64,000 bases of DNA from an uncultured Chloroflexia bacterium. GTDB taxonomy: Bacteria; Chloroflexota; Limnocylindria; Limnocylindrales; CSP1-4. The notes below the pieces were generated by a model, which had not been told where the DNA came from, did not search any database, and was given only the letters and a program-made list of their open reading frames with translations. Location of the stretch: contig CAVQJC010000005.1 of assembly GCA_963712745.1 (NCBI GenBank), forward strand, positions 64,001 to 128,000, in the 5' to 3' direction. Shown here one piece after another: positions 38,072-48,493 of this stretch. The number at the start of each line of letters is the position of its first letter. Position 1 is the first letter of the stretch. Made by a program: the position numbers and the translations under genes.

Positions 38072-39296
38072 TCACTGGTCGGCGGCAGCAGCTCCCTCCA
38101 GGGCGACGAGTGCATCTACGAGCGGCTGGACCCCCGGGTCGAGCACCGCGAGGGCACTGAACAGCGCACCGCTGTCGGAGCAGGTGTTGGTGAAGACCAC
38201 GTACGACTCCCCGGTCGTCGGGGTCATGCCCGGCCCAGCCCTCCCAGCCGATGGCCTCGCCCTCGTGCCCGTACTGGTTGCCGAAGCCCTCGGCGAACTG
38301 CATGATGCCGAGGCCATAGGCGAAGATCCCAAGGCCGGCATCGTGCATCTGGAGGCGCTCGGCGGCGAGCTCGTCCGAGAGCAGCGAGCTGCCGCTCATC
38401 GAGGCGGCCCAGATGCCGAGGTCGTCGAGGTCGGAATGCATGCTGCCGCCGATCTGGCCGTAGCTCGCGTTCCAGTCGGTCGTGTCGGTGTCGTCGGGCA
38501 CCGGCTCGGCCCCGTCGCGCACCAACTCGTCCACGCAGGCCGGGCTCATGTAGCCACGGGCGAAGGGCTCGGGCAGGGTGGTGTCGTCGTTGTACGGCAG
38601 CGCGGTGTCAGGCATGCCCAGCGGCTCGGTCAGGCGCTCGGCGACCAGCTCCTGGATGGGCTGGCCGGTGAGGGTCTCGGCGATCTCCTGGAGGATGACG
38701 TAGCCGGTGGTGCTGTAGCCGGGGGTGCCCACGGGCGCCAGGCCGCGCTCCACGCCGTACCCGATGAGCTGCTCCGGGTCCCACTGCGTGTCGGGCGCCT
38801 GGGTCAGCGCCGCCACTGCGGCATCGGGCACGTTCATGTAGTCGGGGATGCCGCTGGTCATGCCCAGCAGGTCACCGATGCTGATGTCGGCCACGTCGGG
38901 GAACTGCTCTGCCAGGGCGGGGTCAGCGTCGGCCACGGTGTCCTCGAGTGCGAGGCTGCCCTCGTCGACGAGCTGCAGGATGATGGCCGCGCCGAAGGTC
39001 TTGCTGATGCTGCCGATGCGGAAGTGGTCGTCGATCGAGGCCGCGCGCCCGTTGGCCACGTCCGCGAGGCCGTACGCCTGCTGGTAGGAGCCGCGCTCGG
39101 GACTCCACAGGCCGACGTAGAAGGCGGGCACCTCGGGGTGCTCCTCCATGACCGCGGCGATGCCGGCATCGATGGCCGCCTGGTCTTCGGCGGACATCGG
39201 CTCGGTCGGTAGCTCCATGTCGGCGGCGACGACCGGGACGACGAGCCCGAGAGCGAGGGTGACGGTGACGGCTGTGGCCATGATGGCTCGAAGCAT
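38072..39296 (-). pseudogene. Secreted serine hydrolase (paralog of 21718-22896), frameshift near 38217
   Basis: FRIGSISKTF, GHEGEAIGWEG; the C-terminus GESYVVFTNTCSDS continues in another frame (could be a sequencing error). Confidence 0.75.
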
Positions 39297-39452
39297 CGGC
39301 CTCCTCCGGAGAATGCGACTGGGACCTTCAGGCATGCGCTCGGTCGGCGAGCGAATCGGGGCGACGGTAGCACGCGCGTTCTCAGCGAGCGAAAGGGGGC
39401 ATCCGGGCCCCGGGCCCCGGGCCCCGGGCCGATGATCCTCCGGGCGAAGTCG

Positions 39453-39608
39453 ACGCTCGCGAACCGCACGACGATCGACGCCTTCACCGCTCGGCCCGCC
39501 ACGTTCAGGACCCTGGAACCTTCGCTGCTCGAGCCAGAAGCTCCCAAGGCATGGGCGCTACCGCTCCGCTACACCCCAACGAGGTTCGTACGTGGAGAGG
39601 GTACACAG
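39453..39608 (-). repeat. att-like repeat R13 (right end truncated)
   Basis: Degenerate tRNA half GCTCCCAAGGCATGGGCGCTACCGCTCCGCTACACCCC; ends after GGGTACACAG. Confidence 0.88.
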
Positions 39609-39609
39609 G

Positions 39610-39900
39610 GACTGCGACTTCGGCGATGGCTGGGAGCACGACGTCGTGGTCGAGGAAATCAGCCCGCAGCGGTCGGACTTGGATGGCCCGATCTGCCTGG
39701 CCGGAAGCATGGCTTGCCCGCCCGAGGATTGCGGGGGGCCAATGGGCTACGAGGACCTGCTTGACGCACTATCGGATCCCGCACATCCCGAGCACGACCA
39801 TCTGCGCGAATGGGCGCCGCCGGACTTCGACCCGACGTTCTTCGACATGGACGAGGCGACCGCCGCCATGCGCTCGGTGCGACCGCTCCAGAGGTGGTGA
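39610..39900 (+). pseudogene. C-terminal fragment of plasmid pRiA4b ORF-3 family protein
   Basis: DFGDGWEH..CLAGSMACPPEDCGG.MGY..PAHPEH..FDP; N-terminus missing at the repeat junction. Confidence 0.78.
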
Positions 39901-39910
39901 TGGACGGCCT

Positions 39911-40327
39911 TCAGGCAGCGAGTCGGAAGGGGTCCTCCACGCGGATGCCGTCGTAGTCGGTGGCATCGTCGAGATCTTCGGACAACACCACTGAACATCC
40001 AAGGGCACGAGCGGCCTCGAGGATCGCCGCGTCCCAGTAGGACACGCCGAAGCGGCTCCGTGTCGCCAGCGCCGCTCGCATCACATCGACACTCGTGACC
40101 TGCACCGAGAACCGACACCAGGCCTCGACCAGTCCGGCTGCCTCGTCGTGGGTGATCGCGTCTTCTCGAGTTGCCCGGGTCGCTTGGACGTAGAACTCCT
40201 GCAGGACCTGCACCGAGAGACCGATCTCACCACCGTCGATGATCTCGTTCGCGATCATCGCTTTGCCCTCCTCCGCCGGGTCGCGTGAGATGGCATACAA
40301 GAGGATGTTCGTGTCAACGAAGCGCAC
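39911..40327 (-). CDS. PIN-domain (VapC) toxin
   Basis: FVDTNILLYA, SVQVLQEFY, SYWDAAILEAA, VLSEDL. Confidence 0.9.
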   Translation of the reverse strand: MRFVDTNILLYAISRDPAEEGKAMIANEIIDGGEIGLSVQVLQEFYVQATRATREDAITHDEAAGLVEAWCRFSVQVTSVDVMRAALATRSRFGVSYWDAAILEAARALGCSVVLSEDLDDATDYDGIRVEDPFRLAA

Positions 40328-40553
40328 GCTCGTGAACCTCATCGCGTGTCAGGCGGTCCATCGCCCGGAAGCGCTTGATCTGACCTTGGATGCGACGCTG
40401 CTGCGCTTCCAACCGCGAGAACTCGGCGTCATCGTAGGAAAGCGAGCGCAGGTAGGTCGCGACCATGCCACTGACTGATCGGCCCTCCTCCGCGGCTCGG
40501 ATGCGAGCGGCGCGATAGACGTCGTCAGGTACAGAGACCGTGATGTTCTTCAC
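40314..40553 (-). CDS. RHH-type antitoxin (VapB-like)
   Basis: GTG start KNITVSVPDDVYRAARIRAAEEGRSVSGMV; overlaps the toxin start. Confidence 0.85.
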   Translation of the reverse strand: MKNITVSVPDDVYRAARIRAAEEGRSVSGMVATYLRSLSYDDAEFSRLEAQQRRIQGQIKRFRAMDRLTRDEVHERALR

Positions 40554-40592
40554 CGTGTCACAGTAACGCATTCTCACAGTATCTGTGAGCTG

Positions 40593-40766
40593 ATGGCAGT
40601 GAGCCCAAGGTCCTGGATGTGGGAGCTTCGCCACACAGTGACGGCCTGTGACGCGGCATTCCTGGCACTCGCGGAGGCGCTCGATGCACCGCTGGTCACG
40701 TGCGATGCCCGACTCGCTCGCGCGCCCGGTCACGCAGCTTCGGTAGAGGTGTTCCCTCGCGGTTGA
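40593..40766 (+). pseudogene. C-terminal remnant of a second VapC/PIN toxin
   Basis: WELRHTVTACDAAFLALAEALDAPLVTCDARLARAPGH. Confidence 0.7.
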
Positions 40767-40819
40767 TCAGGTGCCGTTGCTGGAGGGACTCCCGAAGCAC
40801 TCTGCGCGAGCGTCTTGGA

Positions 40820-41023
40820 GCCCGCAAACCACACGATGATCGGGGCCTTCACCGCTCGGCCCATCACGCTCGCATGGCCGGGAGCTTCACCGCGAACCCC
40901 GCGTGGGCTCCCAAAGCATGTGCGCTACCGCTGCGCTACACCCCGACGAGTCCGTGCGTGCCTAGGCGCAGCGAGGCTCGACGGCGACACAGATGGGCCG
41001 ACACTGCTCGAATCGCACGATAA
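40820..41023 (-). repeat. att-like repeat R14
   Basis: Type-B arm; intact tRNA half; degenerate promoter box. Confidence 0.88.
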
Positions 41024-41084
41024 CCCCGAAGCAGCGGCGAACCGACTGGGGGTGCTCGCCCGCCGGTTCGCGCATCCAGACCGA

Positions 41085-41903
41085 TCAGGCTTCGCGTTGG
41101 TGATCGAGAATCCAGCGCTGCACCCTGACGACCCCGAGGAGCCCGAGGATCCGATCGCCCAGGCTGGGCGACAAGGCGTTGAGGGCGAGGAGTGGCCGGA
41201 CTGGTCGCGGGCTGACGACTACCTCCTGGCGCTCTTCTTCGATGGCACGCACGACAGCGCGGGCGACGTCGGAGGCGGGACTGGCACCCATCAGGCGCGG
41301 CGCGGTCGCACCACGGTCCACGAAGATCCCTGCCTCGCTGACGTAGCCGGGCAGGACGATGCTGGTCTTGACACCCGTGCCCTCTAGCTCCACGTGGAGG
41401 CCTTCCATCCAGTTGACGAGCGCCGCCTTCGTCCCGGAGTAGGCGGCGTCATAGGGGATGCCCTTCTTGCCCTCGAGGGAGGCGACGGTGGCCAGATGTC
41501 CACGGCCCCGCTCGATCATGCCCGGGAGCAGTCGGCGGGCGAGAACCATCGGTGCAACGAGGTTGACATCGACCATCTCTCGGAGCTCGGTGTCATCGAA
41601 CTCCGTGAATGGGGCCAACCGTGCGACGGCGGCGTTGCTGACCAAGATGTCGATCGGCCCCAGCTCTGTCTCAGCGCGCGACACCAAGACGTCGAGTGAG
41701 TCCAGGTCACGCAAGTCGGCCGGAAGCGCCACCACGTTGGCCCCGCTGCCGGCGAGATTCGCGGCCATCCGCTCAAGCTGGTCCGCATGTCGGTCCGTGA
41801 GCGCCAGGTTGGCACCTCGGAATGTCATTGCTCGTGCGATGAACACACCGATGCCTCGTGAAGCACCGGTCAGCAGCGCGTTCGCGCCCCGCAACTCCCC
41901 CAT
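41085..41903 (-). CDS. SDR family oxidoreductase
   Basis: LTGASRGIG, ILVSNAA, YSGTK. Confidence 0.9.
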   Translation of the reverse strand: MGELRGANALLTGASRGIGVFIARAMTFRGANLALTDRHADQLERMAANLAGSGANVVALPADLRDLDSLDVLVSRAETELGPIDILVSNAAVARLAPFTEFDDTELREMVDVNLVAPMVLARRLLPGMIERGRGHLATVASLEGKKGIPYDAAYSGTKAALVNWMEGLHVELEGTGVKTSIVLPGYVSEAGIFVDRGATAPRLMGASPASDVARAVVRAIEEERQEVVVSPRPVRPLLALNALSPSLGDRILGLLGVVRVQRWILDHQREA

Positions 41904-42025
41904 CGTTCACCCTCCGTTCCGGCTCGGATCGTGGTGGGTGCCCCCACGCTGCAGCGCTACGATACTCCGTGGTGTCTGCGCGACACCCTTGCGGGCACCG
42001 ACATCGATGCAAGCAGGAGGCGGCG

Positions 42026-42853
42026 ATGGCGACGATCATGGTGAACGGAGCATCGCTCGAGTACGAGGAGCGAGGGACCGGATCGACACCGGTGCTCATG
42101 ACGCACGGGTTCCTGTTCGACCACCACGCCTTCGATGGGCTCGTGGCCGATCTCGAGGGCGACCACCGGTGCGTGACCTTCGACTGGCGCGGTCAGGGCG
42201 CGAGCGAGGTGACGAGCGACGGCTACAGCGTCGACACGCTGACCGACGATGCGGCCGCGCTCATCGAGCGCTTGGAGCTGGCGCCCTGCCACTACATCGG
42301 CACCTCGATGGGTGGCTGGGTCGGCTTGCGGCTCGCGCTGCGACGGCCCGAGCTGCTGCGCTCGCTCATCCTGCTCAACTCCTACTCTGAGGGAGAGGGC
42401 TGGGGCCGCGTCCCGGGCTATCTATTGATGGCTGCGATCGCACGCATCAGAGGCATGGCGCCGCTCGTGGATCCGGCGATGAAAGCCGTCTTCTCACAGG
42501 AGTTCATGTCCGGCGAGGAGCACGAGGTCGAGCGTGAGCGCTGGCGGGAGCATATCCGGGACATCGATCGCACCGGTGCCGACCGGACGCTCCACGGGAT
42601 CGTCCTTCGTGCCGGGAGCGTGACCAATCAACTGGCGGACGTCGGACTCCCCGTGCTCGCGATCGCAGGGGTCGAGGACAAGTCGTTCAGCCCGGACCAG
42701 GTCCAGGAGATGGCGCTGCGTATCCCCGATGGTGAGTACGCCCAGATTGCCGGTGCCGGCCACGCGGTCGCCATCGAACAACCGGAGGCGACCGTGCGAC
42801 TCATCCGTGGCTTCTTCGAGCGCGTGAACGTGGCGCGGACCGACGCAGCCTGA
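42026..42853 (+). CDS. Alpha/beta fold hydrolase
   Basis: THGFLF, DWRGQGAS, IGTSMGG, GAGHAV; AGGAGG RBS. Confidence 0.9.
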   Translation: MATIMVNGASLEYEERGTGSTPVLMTHGFLFDHHAFDGLVADLEGDHRCVTFDWRGQGASEVTSDGYSVDTLTDDAAALIERLELAPCHYIGTSMGGWVGLRLALRRPELLRSLILLNSYSEGEGWGRVPGYLLMAAIARIRGMAPLVDPAMKAVFSQEFMSGEEHEVERERWREHIRDIDRTGADRTLHGIVLRAGSVTNQLADVGLPVLAIAGVEDKSFSPDQVQEMALRIPDGEYAQIAGAGHAVAIEQPEATVRLIRGFFERVNVARTDAA

Positions 42854-42912
42854 CCTCGCGCTCGATTCGTTGCGGCGATTGTCACGTCGTCTGAACCGAT
42901 CTCATCCGCCAA

Positions 42913-43101
42913 GCGTCTGAACCGCACGATGATCGAGGCTTTCGCCGCTCGGTCCCTCGTGCTCAGCGGTTCGCTGCCTTCACCCGCTCGGGCCTCGCGG
43001 GCTCCCCAAGCATGTGCGCTCCCGCTGCGCTACACCCCGACGAGTTCGTGCGTGGATTGGGTAGACGGGGCAGCTCTCGGAGGGAGAGGGCCTACAGCGC
43101 T
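42913..43101 (-). repeat. att-like repeat R15
   Basis: Degenerate copy with GCTCCCCAAGCATGTGCGCTCCCGCTGCGCTACACCCCG. Confidence 0.85.
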
Positions 43102-43111
43102 TCTGCCCGGG

Positions 43112-44458
43112 TCAGCCGAGGCGTATTACCGGTGGCACCACCCAGGTGCCGTCCAGCGCCGCCGGCTCCGGCCAGTACATGCGGCACGCCAGGTAGAAGG
43201 GCCCGTCAGGGGTCGGCAGCCAGTTGGCTCGCTCGACCGGGTCGGTGGGCGCTTGGCGCTGCATGGTGATCGTGAGCGCGCCCTCGGCGTCGCGAACGAG
43301 TCCCTCGGTGAGCGCGTTGATGAGATAGCGGTCGATCGGGTTCTCGACGAGGTATCCGGCAGTGCCGTCGTAGCTGGTGTCGTACATCGTCACCGACCAG
43401 AACGCCCGCACCGGCGGCTCGGTCTCGAGCCGCAGCTGGTACTTGCTGTTGCCGTCGAACGGGTTGCCGTCAGCATCGACCCGCGCCATGGGGTAGGAGG
43501 CCTCGATCCGGTCGTTGCCGCCCCAGCCCACCATCGACTCGGCGGCGCGGCGGAGGTAGTCGCCGGCATAGGCCTCGCGGTTGCCGAAGGCGTCCATCGA
43601 CATCCATCCGTTGATGGTGGCCCCGAGCTGGCTGGAGGCCTTGGAGAGCTCATCGCGAGCCTCGGCCACGCCGCTCGCGAGGGCACTTCGGATGTCATCC
43701 GGGAGTGCCTCGACGTCCGCAGGGAGGCCGGGGCCGATGCCGATCCGGGCGAAGCGGGCAAACATCTCCACCTCGTCGGGGTGGGGAGGCTGGCACAGGG
43801 GCAGCAGGGAGTTGAGGTAACGCACGAAGCGCTCATCGCGCGACGTCTCGTCGTCCCAGTGGGGCCAGTCGTAGGCTGGCAGATCAGGCGCCGGATTCCC
43901 GGTGAATACCGCGTAGGGCTCCAGACGATACTGCTTCATGATCCCCGCGAGCGCCGGGGCGTCTCCGGGGCCGAGCAGTTGGGAGCGGCCGATGAGGAAC
44001 ACCAAGTCGGTCTCGAACTGGTGGGAGCCGCTGAAGCCTTCGGGCACCTCACCCTGCCAACTCGGACCGGCGAGGAAGTAGGTGCCGGCCTCCACCCCCG
44101 TCGACCGGCTGCCGACGTAGAGGTCGTTCTGTCCATAGAGGTCCTCGAACTGCATCACGTAGTAGCGGTCGGTCACTGCGGGTACCGATAGCACCAGCGG
44201 GCCAGCGCGAAGATCGAGCAGGGAGAATGAATAGGGGGTATCCGCGTTCGGCGTGATGACATCGCGGAAGCGATGGTCGAGCGTCACAGCCTCACCGTAC
44301 GGCCCCGCGTTGGCCGGGCCGCGATACGCGGGCGAGGCCGACCGGAGGAATGTGGCATACCCATATCGGTACCCCATCATCATGGGGAAGGCGTAGATGT
44401 ACGCCTCCCTGGCGATGGCGGCCACTTCGGCGAGGGCCAGGGAAGGGTCGATGCGCAT
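43112..44458 (-). CDS. DUF1254/DUF1214 domain protein
   Basis: EAYIYAFPM, VITPNADTPYS, DRYYVMQF, PPVRAFWSVTMYD, NWLPTPDGPF. Confidence 0.88.
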   Translation of the reverse strand: MRIDPSLALAEVAAIAREAYIYAFPMMMGYRYGYATFLRSASPAYRGPANAGPYGEAVTLDHRFRDVITPNADTPYSFSLLDLRAGPLVLSVPAVTDRYYVMQFEDLYGQNDLYVGSRSTGVEAGTYFLAGPSWQGEVPEGFSGSHQFETDLVFLIGRSQLLGPGDAPALAGIMKQYRLEPYAVFTGNPAPDLPAYDWPHWDDETSRDERFVRYLNSLLPLCQPPHPDEVEMFARFARIGIGPGLPADVEALPDDIRSALASGVAEARDELSKASSQLGATINGWMSMDAFGNREAYAGDYLRRAAESMVGWGGNDRIEASYPMARVDADGNPFDGNSKYQLRLETEPPVRAFWSVTMYDTSYDGTAGYLVENPIDRYLINALTEGLVRDAEGALTITMQRQAPTDPVERANWLPTPDGPFYLACRMYWPEPAALDGTWVVPPVIRLG

Positions 44459-44677
44459 GGGTGGCTCCTAGGTTGGTCGGGTGACCCCCTCGTCGGCGGG
44501 TCCCGCTGTTCGTCTCGACGTTGTCACTCATGCTAACCGGGGTCGACCGGATCACTGGTGTGCGCCGACCGTGAAGTCCGTCCGGTCGGCACTGCCGCTG
44601 TGGACCAGCCGCGCAGGGTGTGCATTCGCAAGGCCTGGAACTGGCATCGACTGCGCTGCAAGCTCCCGTCCGCCAGA

Positions 44678-44878
44678 CACGCTCTCGAACCGCACGATGG
44701 TCGAGGCCGTCGCCGCTCGGCCGGTCGTGCTCAGAGCCCCGGAGCCGTCGCCGCTCGAGCCTGAAAGGCTCCCAAAGCATGAGCGCTACCGCTGCGCGAC
44801 GCCCCGACGAGGTCATGCGTGACCGGGGCACACGGCACGCTTCGATAGCGACGCGGAAGGGGCCGACCGCGCTCGAAT
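44678..44878 (-). repeat. att-like repeat R16
   Basis: Degenerate full-length copy. Confidence 0.85.
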
Positions 44879-45072
44879 GGCATGTTCACGGGCGATGGCT
44901 TCCGCGGAGCGACCAGCTGCGCAAACCGCAGGTGGCAGGAGTGTCGCCTGCCCCTGGGCAAGAAGCGTGGAGACCGAGACCTTGGCCATGGCGTCACCCA
45001 CCCGCCGGCGCGGACGCAGACCATGGAGATCGGTCACCGAAAGCGCATGGTGCGGGCCGCCGTCGGTAGTTA

Positions 45073-45354
45073 TCAGCCTGGCTTGGCCCAGGCCTCCTCA
45101 GCCTCGGTCTCCATCTTCTTGAGGCGCGTGTAGTAGTCCGGGAATTCCTTGAGATGTGCGAGCGCGATCTTGCCCGTCACGATCGGATCGCTGCCGCTCA
45201 CGTTGGTCTGCGAGTCGTGCGTTCCGTGCTCCAGTTCGACATCGAGGCCCTCTCGGAACTGATCCACGTCGAATGGGCTGGTGTCCCAGTCGATACCGAT
45301 CTCAGTCCCGATCCGACGGGCTTCTTCGGCGGTGAAGTGTTCGTCCGTTGTCAT
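45073..45354 (-). CDS. DUF5661-like small protein
   Basis: FTAEEARRIG..QFREGLDVELEHG..TGKIALAHLKEFPDYYTRL. Confidence 0.8.
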   Translation of the reverse strand: MTTDEHFTAEEARRIGTEIGIDWDTSPFDVDQFREGLDVELEHGTHDSQTNVSGSDPIVTGKIALAHLKEFPDYYTRLKKMETEAEEAWAKPG

Positions 45355-45560
45355 CGATCCTCCTCAAGAGCCAGCAGGACGCGTGACTCACTCGAGCAGC
45401 GTACTACCCGGGTATCCGTGCTCGGGCCGACGGGGGTGCGAGTCCCCCTGGATGAGGGTCGAGCGACTGGCAGGCCCGTTCGCCCCGGCAACGACGGACC
45501 AGCGTGAAGCCGGTGCTGGCCATCGCTAGGGTATGGGACTGTCTGCCTCGAGTCGCAGCC

Positions 45561-46070
45561 ATGCCTGAGGAGCACCTGTGCCCAGCACAAGAGCCAGTCG
45601 TGGACCGATCCGTCCTGCCGTTTCCCAGATCCCGGTCAGGCAGCGTGGCCGGCCGCACGATGCAGGAGTCCATCTACGACCCGACTCCGCCGCCACAGCG
45701 GCTGCCGGCCGATGCGCCGAACATCCTGATCATCCTGATCGATGATGCCGGGCCTGCGTTGCCGGCAGCCTTGGGAGGTGCTGTCCACACCCCGACGTTG
45801 GAACCGATCCTCTCCGAGGGCATCGGCTACAACCGCTTCCACACGACGGCGATGTGCTCGCCCACCAGGGCCTCACTGCTGACGGGCCGCAATCACCATC
45901 GGGTCGGCAGTGGCGTGATTACCGAGTTTGCCAATGGCTGGGATGGGTACTTGGGCGTCATCCCCCGCAGCAGCGCCCTCCAGGCCGAGGTACTGCGACA
46001 GTACGGCTATGCCACCGCCGCGTTCGGCAAGTGGCACAACACCCCCGGGCAGGAGACGTCGGCGGCCGGG
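45561..46070 (+). pseudogene. 5' fragment of an arylsulfatase (paralog of 14665-17001) cut at a repeat
   Basis: CSPTRASLLTGRNHH..FGKWHNTPGQETSAAG, then joins the repeat arm. Confidence 0.85.
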
Positions 46071-46190
46071 TTCACCGCGCCACGCTCCGAAGGCCGGGGC
46101 CATCGCCGCAAACCCCTCGTGGGCTCCCGAAGCATGAGCGCTACCGCTGCGCTACACCCCGACGGAGTTCGTTCGTGCGAACCGTACAAT
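46071..46190 (-). repeat. att-like repeat R17 (collapsed)
   Basis: CCGCAAACCCCTCGTGGGCTCCCGAAGCATGAGCGCTACCGCTGCGCTACACCCCG..GAACCGTACAAT. Confidence 0.82.
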
Positions 46191-46267
46191 GGTGGTTCGC
46201 ATGACGAACCTGGACTAGCGCACACCGCTGACTGGCGGCACCCGAAGAGGGGTCGGGTTGAGGTGGC

Positions 46268-46618
46268 ATGCACGAGCTTCCCGTCACCACGAGCATCCTC
46301 GAGATCGTCCTTCGCCATGCCGCGGTGAACGAGGTGGAGCGGGTTTCCACCATCGACTTGAGCATCGGGGCCCTGAGCGATCTGGAGCCCGAGTGGCTCC
46401 AGTCCTACTTCGACCACATCAGCAGGGGGACCCCAGCTCAAGGGGCCCGACTTCGGGTTCGCCGTTCCCCCCTCACCTTCCGGTGCGGGTTCTGCACCGC
46501 GGAGTTCGATGCGGCCCGGGAGAGCCTGGACCGGATCGTCTGCCCCGACTGCGGCTCCGGAGACGCGTCAGTCGTCTCGGGGACCGGCTACACGGTGGAA
46601 GCCATGGAGGCCGAGTGA
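46268..46618 (+). CDS. hypA: Hydrogenase maturation nickel metallochaperone HypA
   Basis: MHELPVT, IGALSDL, CGFC and CPDC. Confidence 0.92.
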   Translation: MHELPVTTSILEIVLRHAAVNEVERVSTIDLSIGALSDLEPEWLQSYFDHISRGTPAQGARLRVRRSPLTFRCGFCTAEFDAARESLDRIVCPDCGSGDASVVSGTGYTVEAMEAE

Positions 46619-47283
46619 TGAGCGATCTCACCCTCATAGACATCAAAGAGGAGATCCTCTCGGAGAACCGAGAGCTGGCGAAGCAGCTCCGGTCCGAGCT
46701 CGAGTCCCGGAACGTCTTCCTCGTCAACTTCATGTCTTCGCCGGGATCAGGAAAGACGAGCCTCATCCTCCGGACGCTTTCGAACTTGAGGGCGGCCTAC
46801 AGGATGGCCGTCATCGAAGGTGACGTGGATTCGGCTGTGGACGCAGAACGGATGACGAAGGCGGGATTCCCGGCGGTCCAGCTCAAGACAGGCGGCTCCT
46901 GTCACCTCACCGCTGCCATGGTGGAAAAGAGCCTCCAGGCGCTGCCCCTGGAATCACTGGACCTGCTGTTCCTGGAGAACATCGGGAACCTCATCTGCCC
47001 CGTCGACTCGGACACAGGCGCCAACCTGAACGTGGCCCTCACCAGCGTCCCCGAGGGGGACGACAAACCCCTGAAGTACCCGAAGATCTTCCAGACCTCC
47101 GACGCCTTCCTGGTGAACAAGACGGACGTGGCGGACCATTTCGATTTCGATTTGGCCGAGTTCCGGCGGCGGGTCAGGACGCTGAACCGGGAAGCGCCGG
47201 TCTTCGAGGTCTCCTGCAAGACCGGTCAGGGGATCGAGGAGTGGTGCGCGTGGCTACGGGGGAGGATCGAGGGTTCTGGCTGA
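46618..47283 (+). CDS. hypB: Hydrogenase nickel incorporation GTPase HypB
   Basis: MSSPGSGKT, VIEGD, TGGSCHL, ENIGNLICP, PEGDDKPLKYP, NKTD. Confidence 0.93.
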   Translation: MSDLTLIDIKEEILSENRELAKQLRSELESRNVFLVNFMSSPGSGKTSLILRTLSNLRAAYRMAVIEGDVDSAVDAERMTKAGFPAVQLKTGGSCHLTAAMVEKSLQALPLESLDLLFLENIGNLICPVDSDTGANLNVALTSVPEGDDKPLKYPKIFQTSDAFLVNKTDVADHFDFDLAEFRRRVRTLNREAPVFEVSCKTGQGIEEWCAWLRGRIEGSG

Positions 47284-47365
47284 GGCCATGACGAGGGCGG
47301 TGGCTGGCGGGCCTCACCCAGAGGCCGCCGCCAGAAGCCCCTGTCATTTGTCGGGACCGCCTACC

Positions 47366-48493
47366 TCAGGTCCTCATGCCCAGGGCCTTCTTCCCCACGA
47401 ACTTCATCGTCCCCAACACACCGTATCGCTCCAGCATGATCTTCTTGTAGAGGTCAGCCGTGCTCTTCGGGGGCGTCGTCGTCGCCTCCTTCTCCACCAG
47501 GTGGATGGCTTCCTCGGGGCAGGTCGACACGCAGAGGCCGCACCCGATACAGAAGAGCCGGTCCACCGAGGCGACGCCGTCGGCGTAGCTGATGGCCCCC
47601 ATGGCGCAGCGGTCCCCACAAGTCTCACACGCGATACAGAGCTCCTCGTCCACCCCGGCGAAGTAGTTGGTGTCGAAGTACTCGGCGGGCCGGGGGAGCT
47701 TCTTGGCCGTGGAGAGGACCCCGCAGCAGCAGCCGCAGCAGCAACAGATGAAGTCGGGGTCCTGGGTGTTCATGGGCTGAAGGACCATGCCGACCTCGTC
47801 GGCTCGGTCCAGGAGCCCGAGCATCTCTTCCGATGACAGCTCCCTGGCATTTCCCGACTCGATGGCGGCCTTGGCGAAGTCCTTCAGGAGCAGGCAGGTC
47901 TCCCGGATCTCCGTCTGGCGGCACGGTTCATCCTGAAGGTCCATGCCCTGGCGGCAGACGCAGTTGATCACGCCGAACGGTCCCTCCGAGCGCATCACCA
48001 GAGAACGGGCGTTGTCGTAGGTGCCGATCCGGCGCTCAGGCGTCACCTCCTCGCTGATGGGAATCGTCCGCATCTGCGAGGTCTTCCTGGTGTGGAAGGC
48101 CTTGCCGAATCCCTCATCCATGTACTGGAGGAAGTCGGAGTGCAGCTCCTTGGTGAGCCGGTTGACCTGGAACTCGAAGATGCCGAGGGCCAGCATGGCC
48201 TTCGAGTAGTGGGGCTTCCCGTCGATCTTGGTGCCCGCGATCGCACCCTTGGCAGCAAGACGTTGCAGGGCGTCCCGCAGCTGGGCGAACTCCACCCCCG
48301 TCTTCTTCGCCCGGGCGTGGATCTTATCGATGGACTCCGGGAGGGCGCCCAGGTGCAGAGCCATCTCGGCCTCTTCAGGGGTGAACAGGTGCTCCAATAG
48401 CCTGAGCTCGACACCCGAGTCCGTGGCGGGAAACCCGACCGGCATCTGGTCGAGGTGCTGTTGGAGCCGACGGTAAACGTTCTCGGTGGCCAT
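47366..48493 (-). CDS. 4Fe-4S dicluster domain protein
   Basis: PVGFPATDSGVE, NCVCRQ, ICCCCGCCCG, CIACETCGDRC, CIGCGLCVSTCP. Confidence 0.88.
   Translation of the reverse strand: MATENVYRRLQQHLDQMPVGFPATDSGVELRLLEHLFTPEEAEMALHLGALPESIDKIHARAKKTGVEFAQLRDALQRLAAKGAIAGTKIDGKPHYSKAMLALGIFEFQVNRLTKELHSDFLQYMDEGFGKAFHTRKTSQMRTIPISEEVTPERRIGTYDNARSLVMRSEGPFGVINCVCRQGMDLQDEPCRQTEIRETCLLLKDFAKAAIESGNARELSSEEMLGLLDRADEVGMVLQPMNTQDPDFICCCCGCCCGVLSTAKKLPRPAEYFDTNYFAGVDEELCIACETCGDRCAMGAISYADGVASVDRLFCIGCGLCVSTCPEEAIHLVEKEATTTPPKSTADLYKKIMLERYGVLGTMKFVGKKALGMRT

Noticed and set aside
39610-39900. pRiA4b ORF-3 fragment as the array's recombinase
   Set aside because: Only a C-terminal fragment, and the family has no established site-specific recombinase activity
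13057-46161. Array of functional tRNA-Pro genes or intron-split tRNAs
   Set aside because: Copies lack the 3' anticodon stem end, T stem and acceptor 3' strand/CCA; the GCGGTTCG in the arm does not form a T arm with an acceptor partner
12966-46190. CRISPR array
   Set aside because: Repeats are ~210 bp and degenerate, the spacers are kilobase gene-bearing segments, and no cas genes are seen
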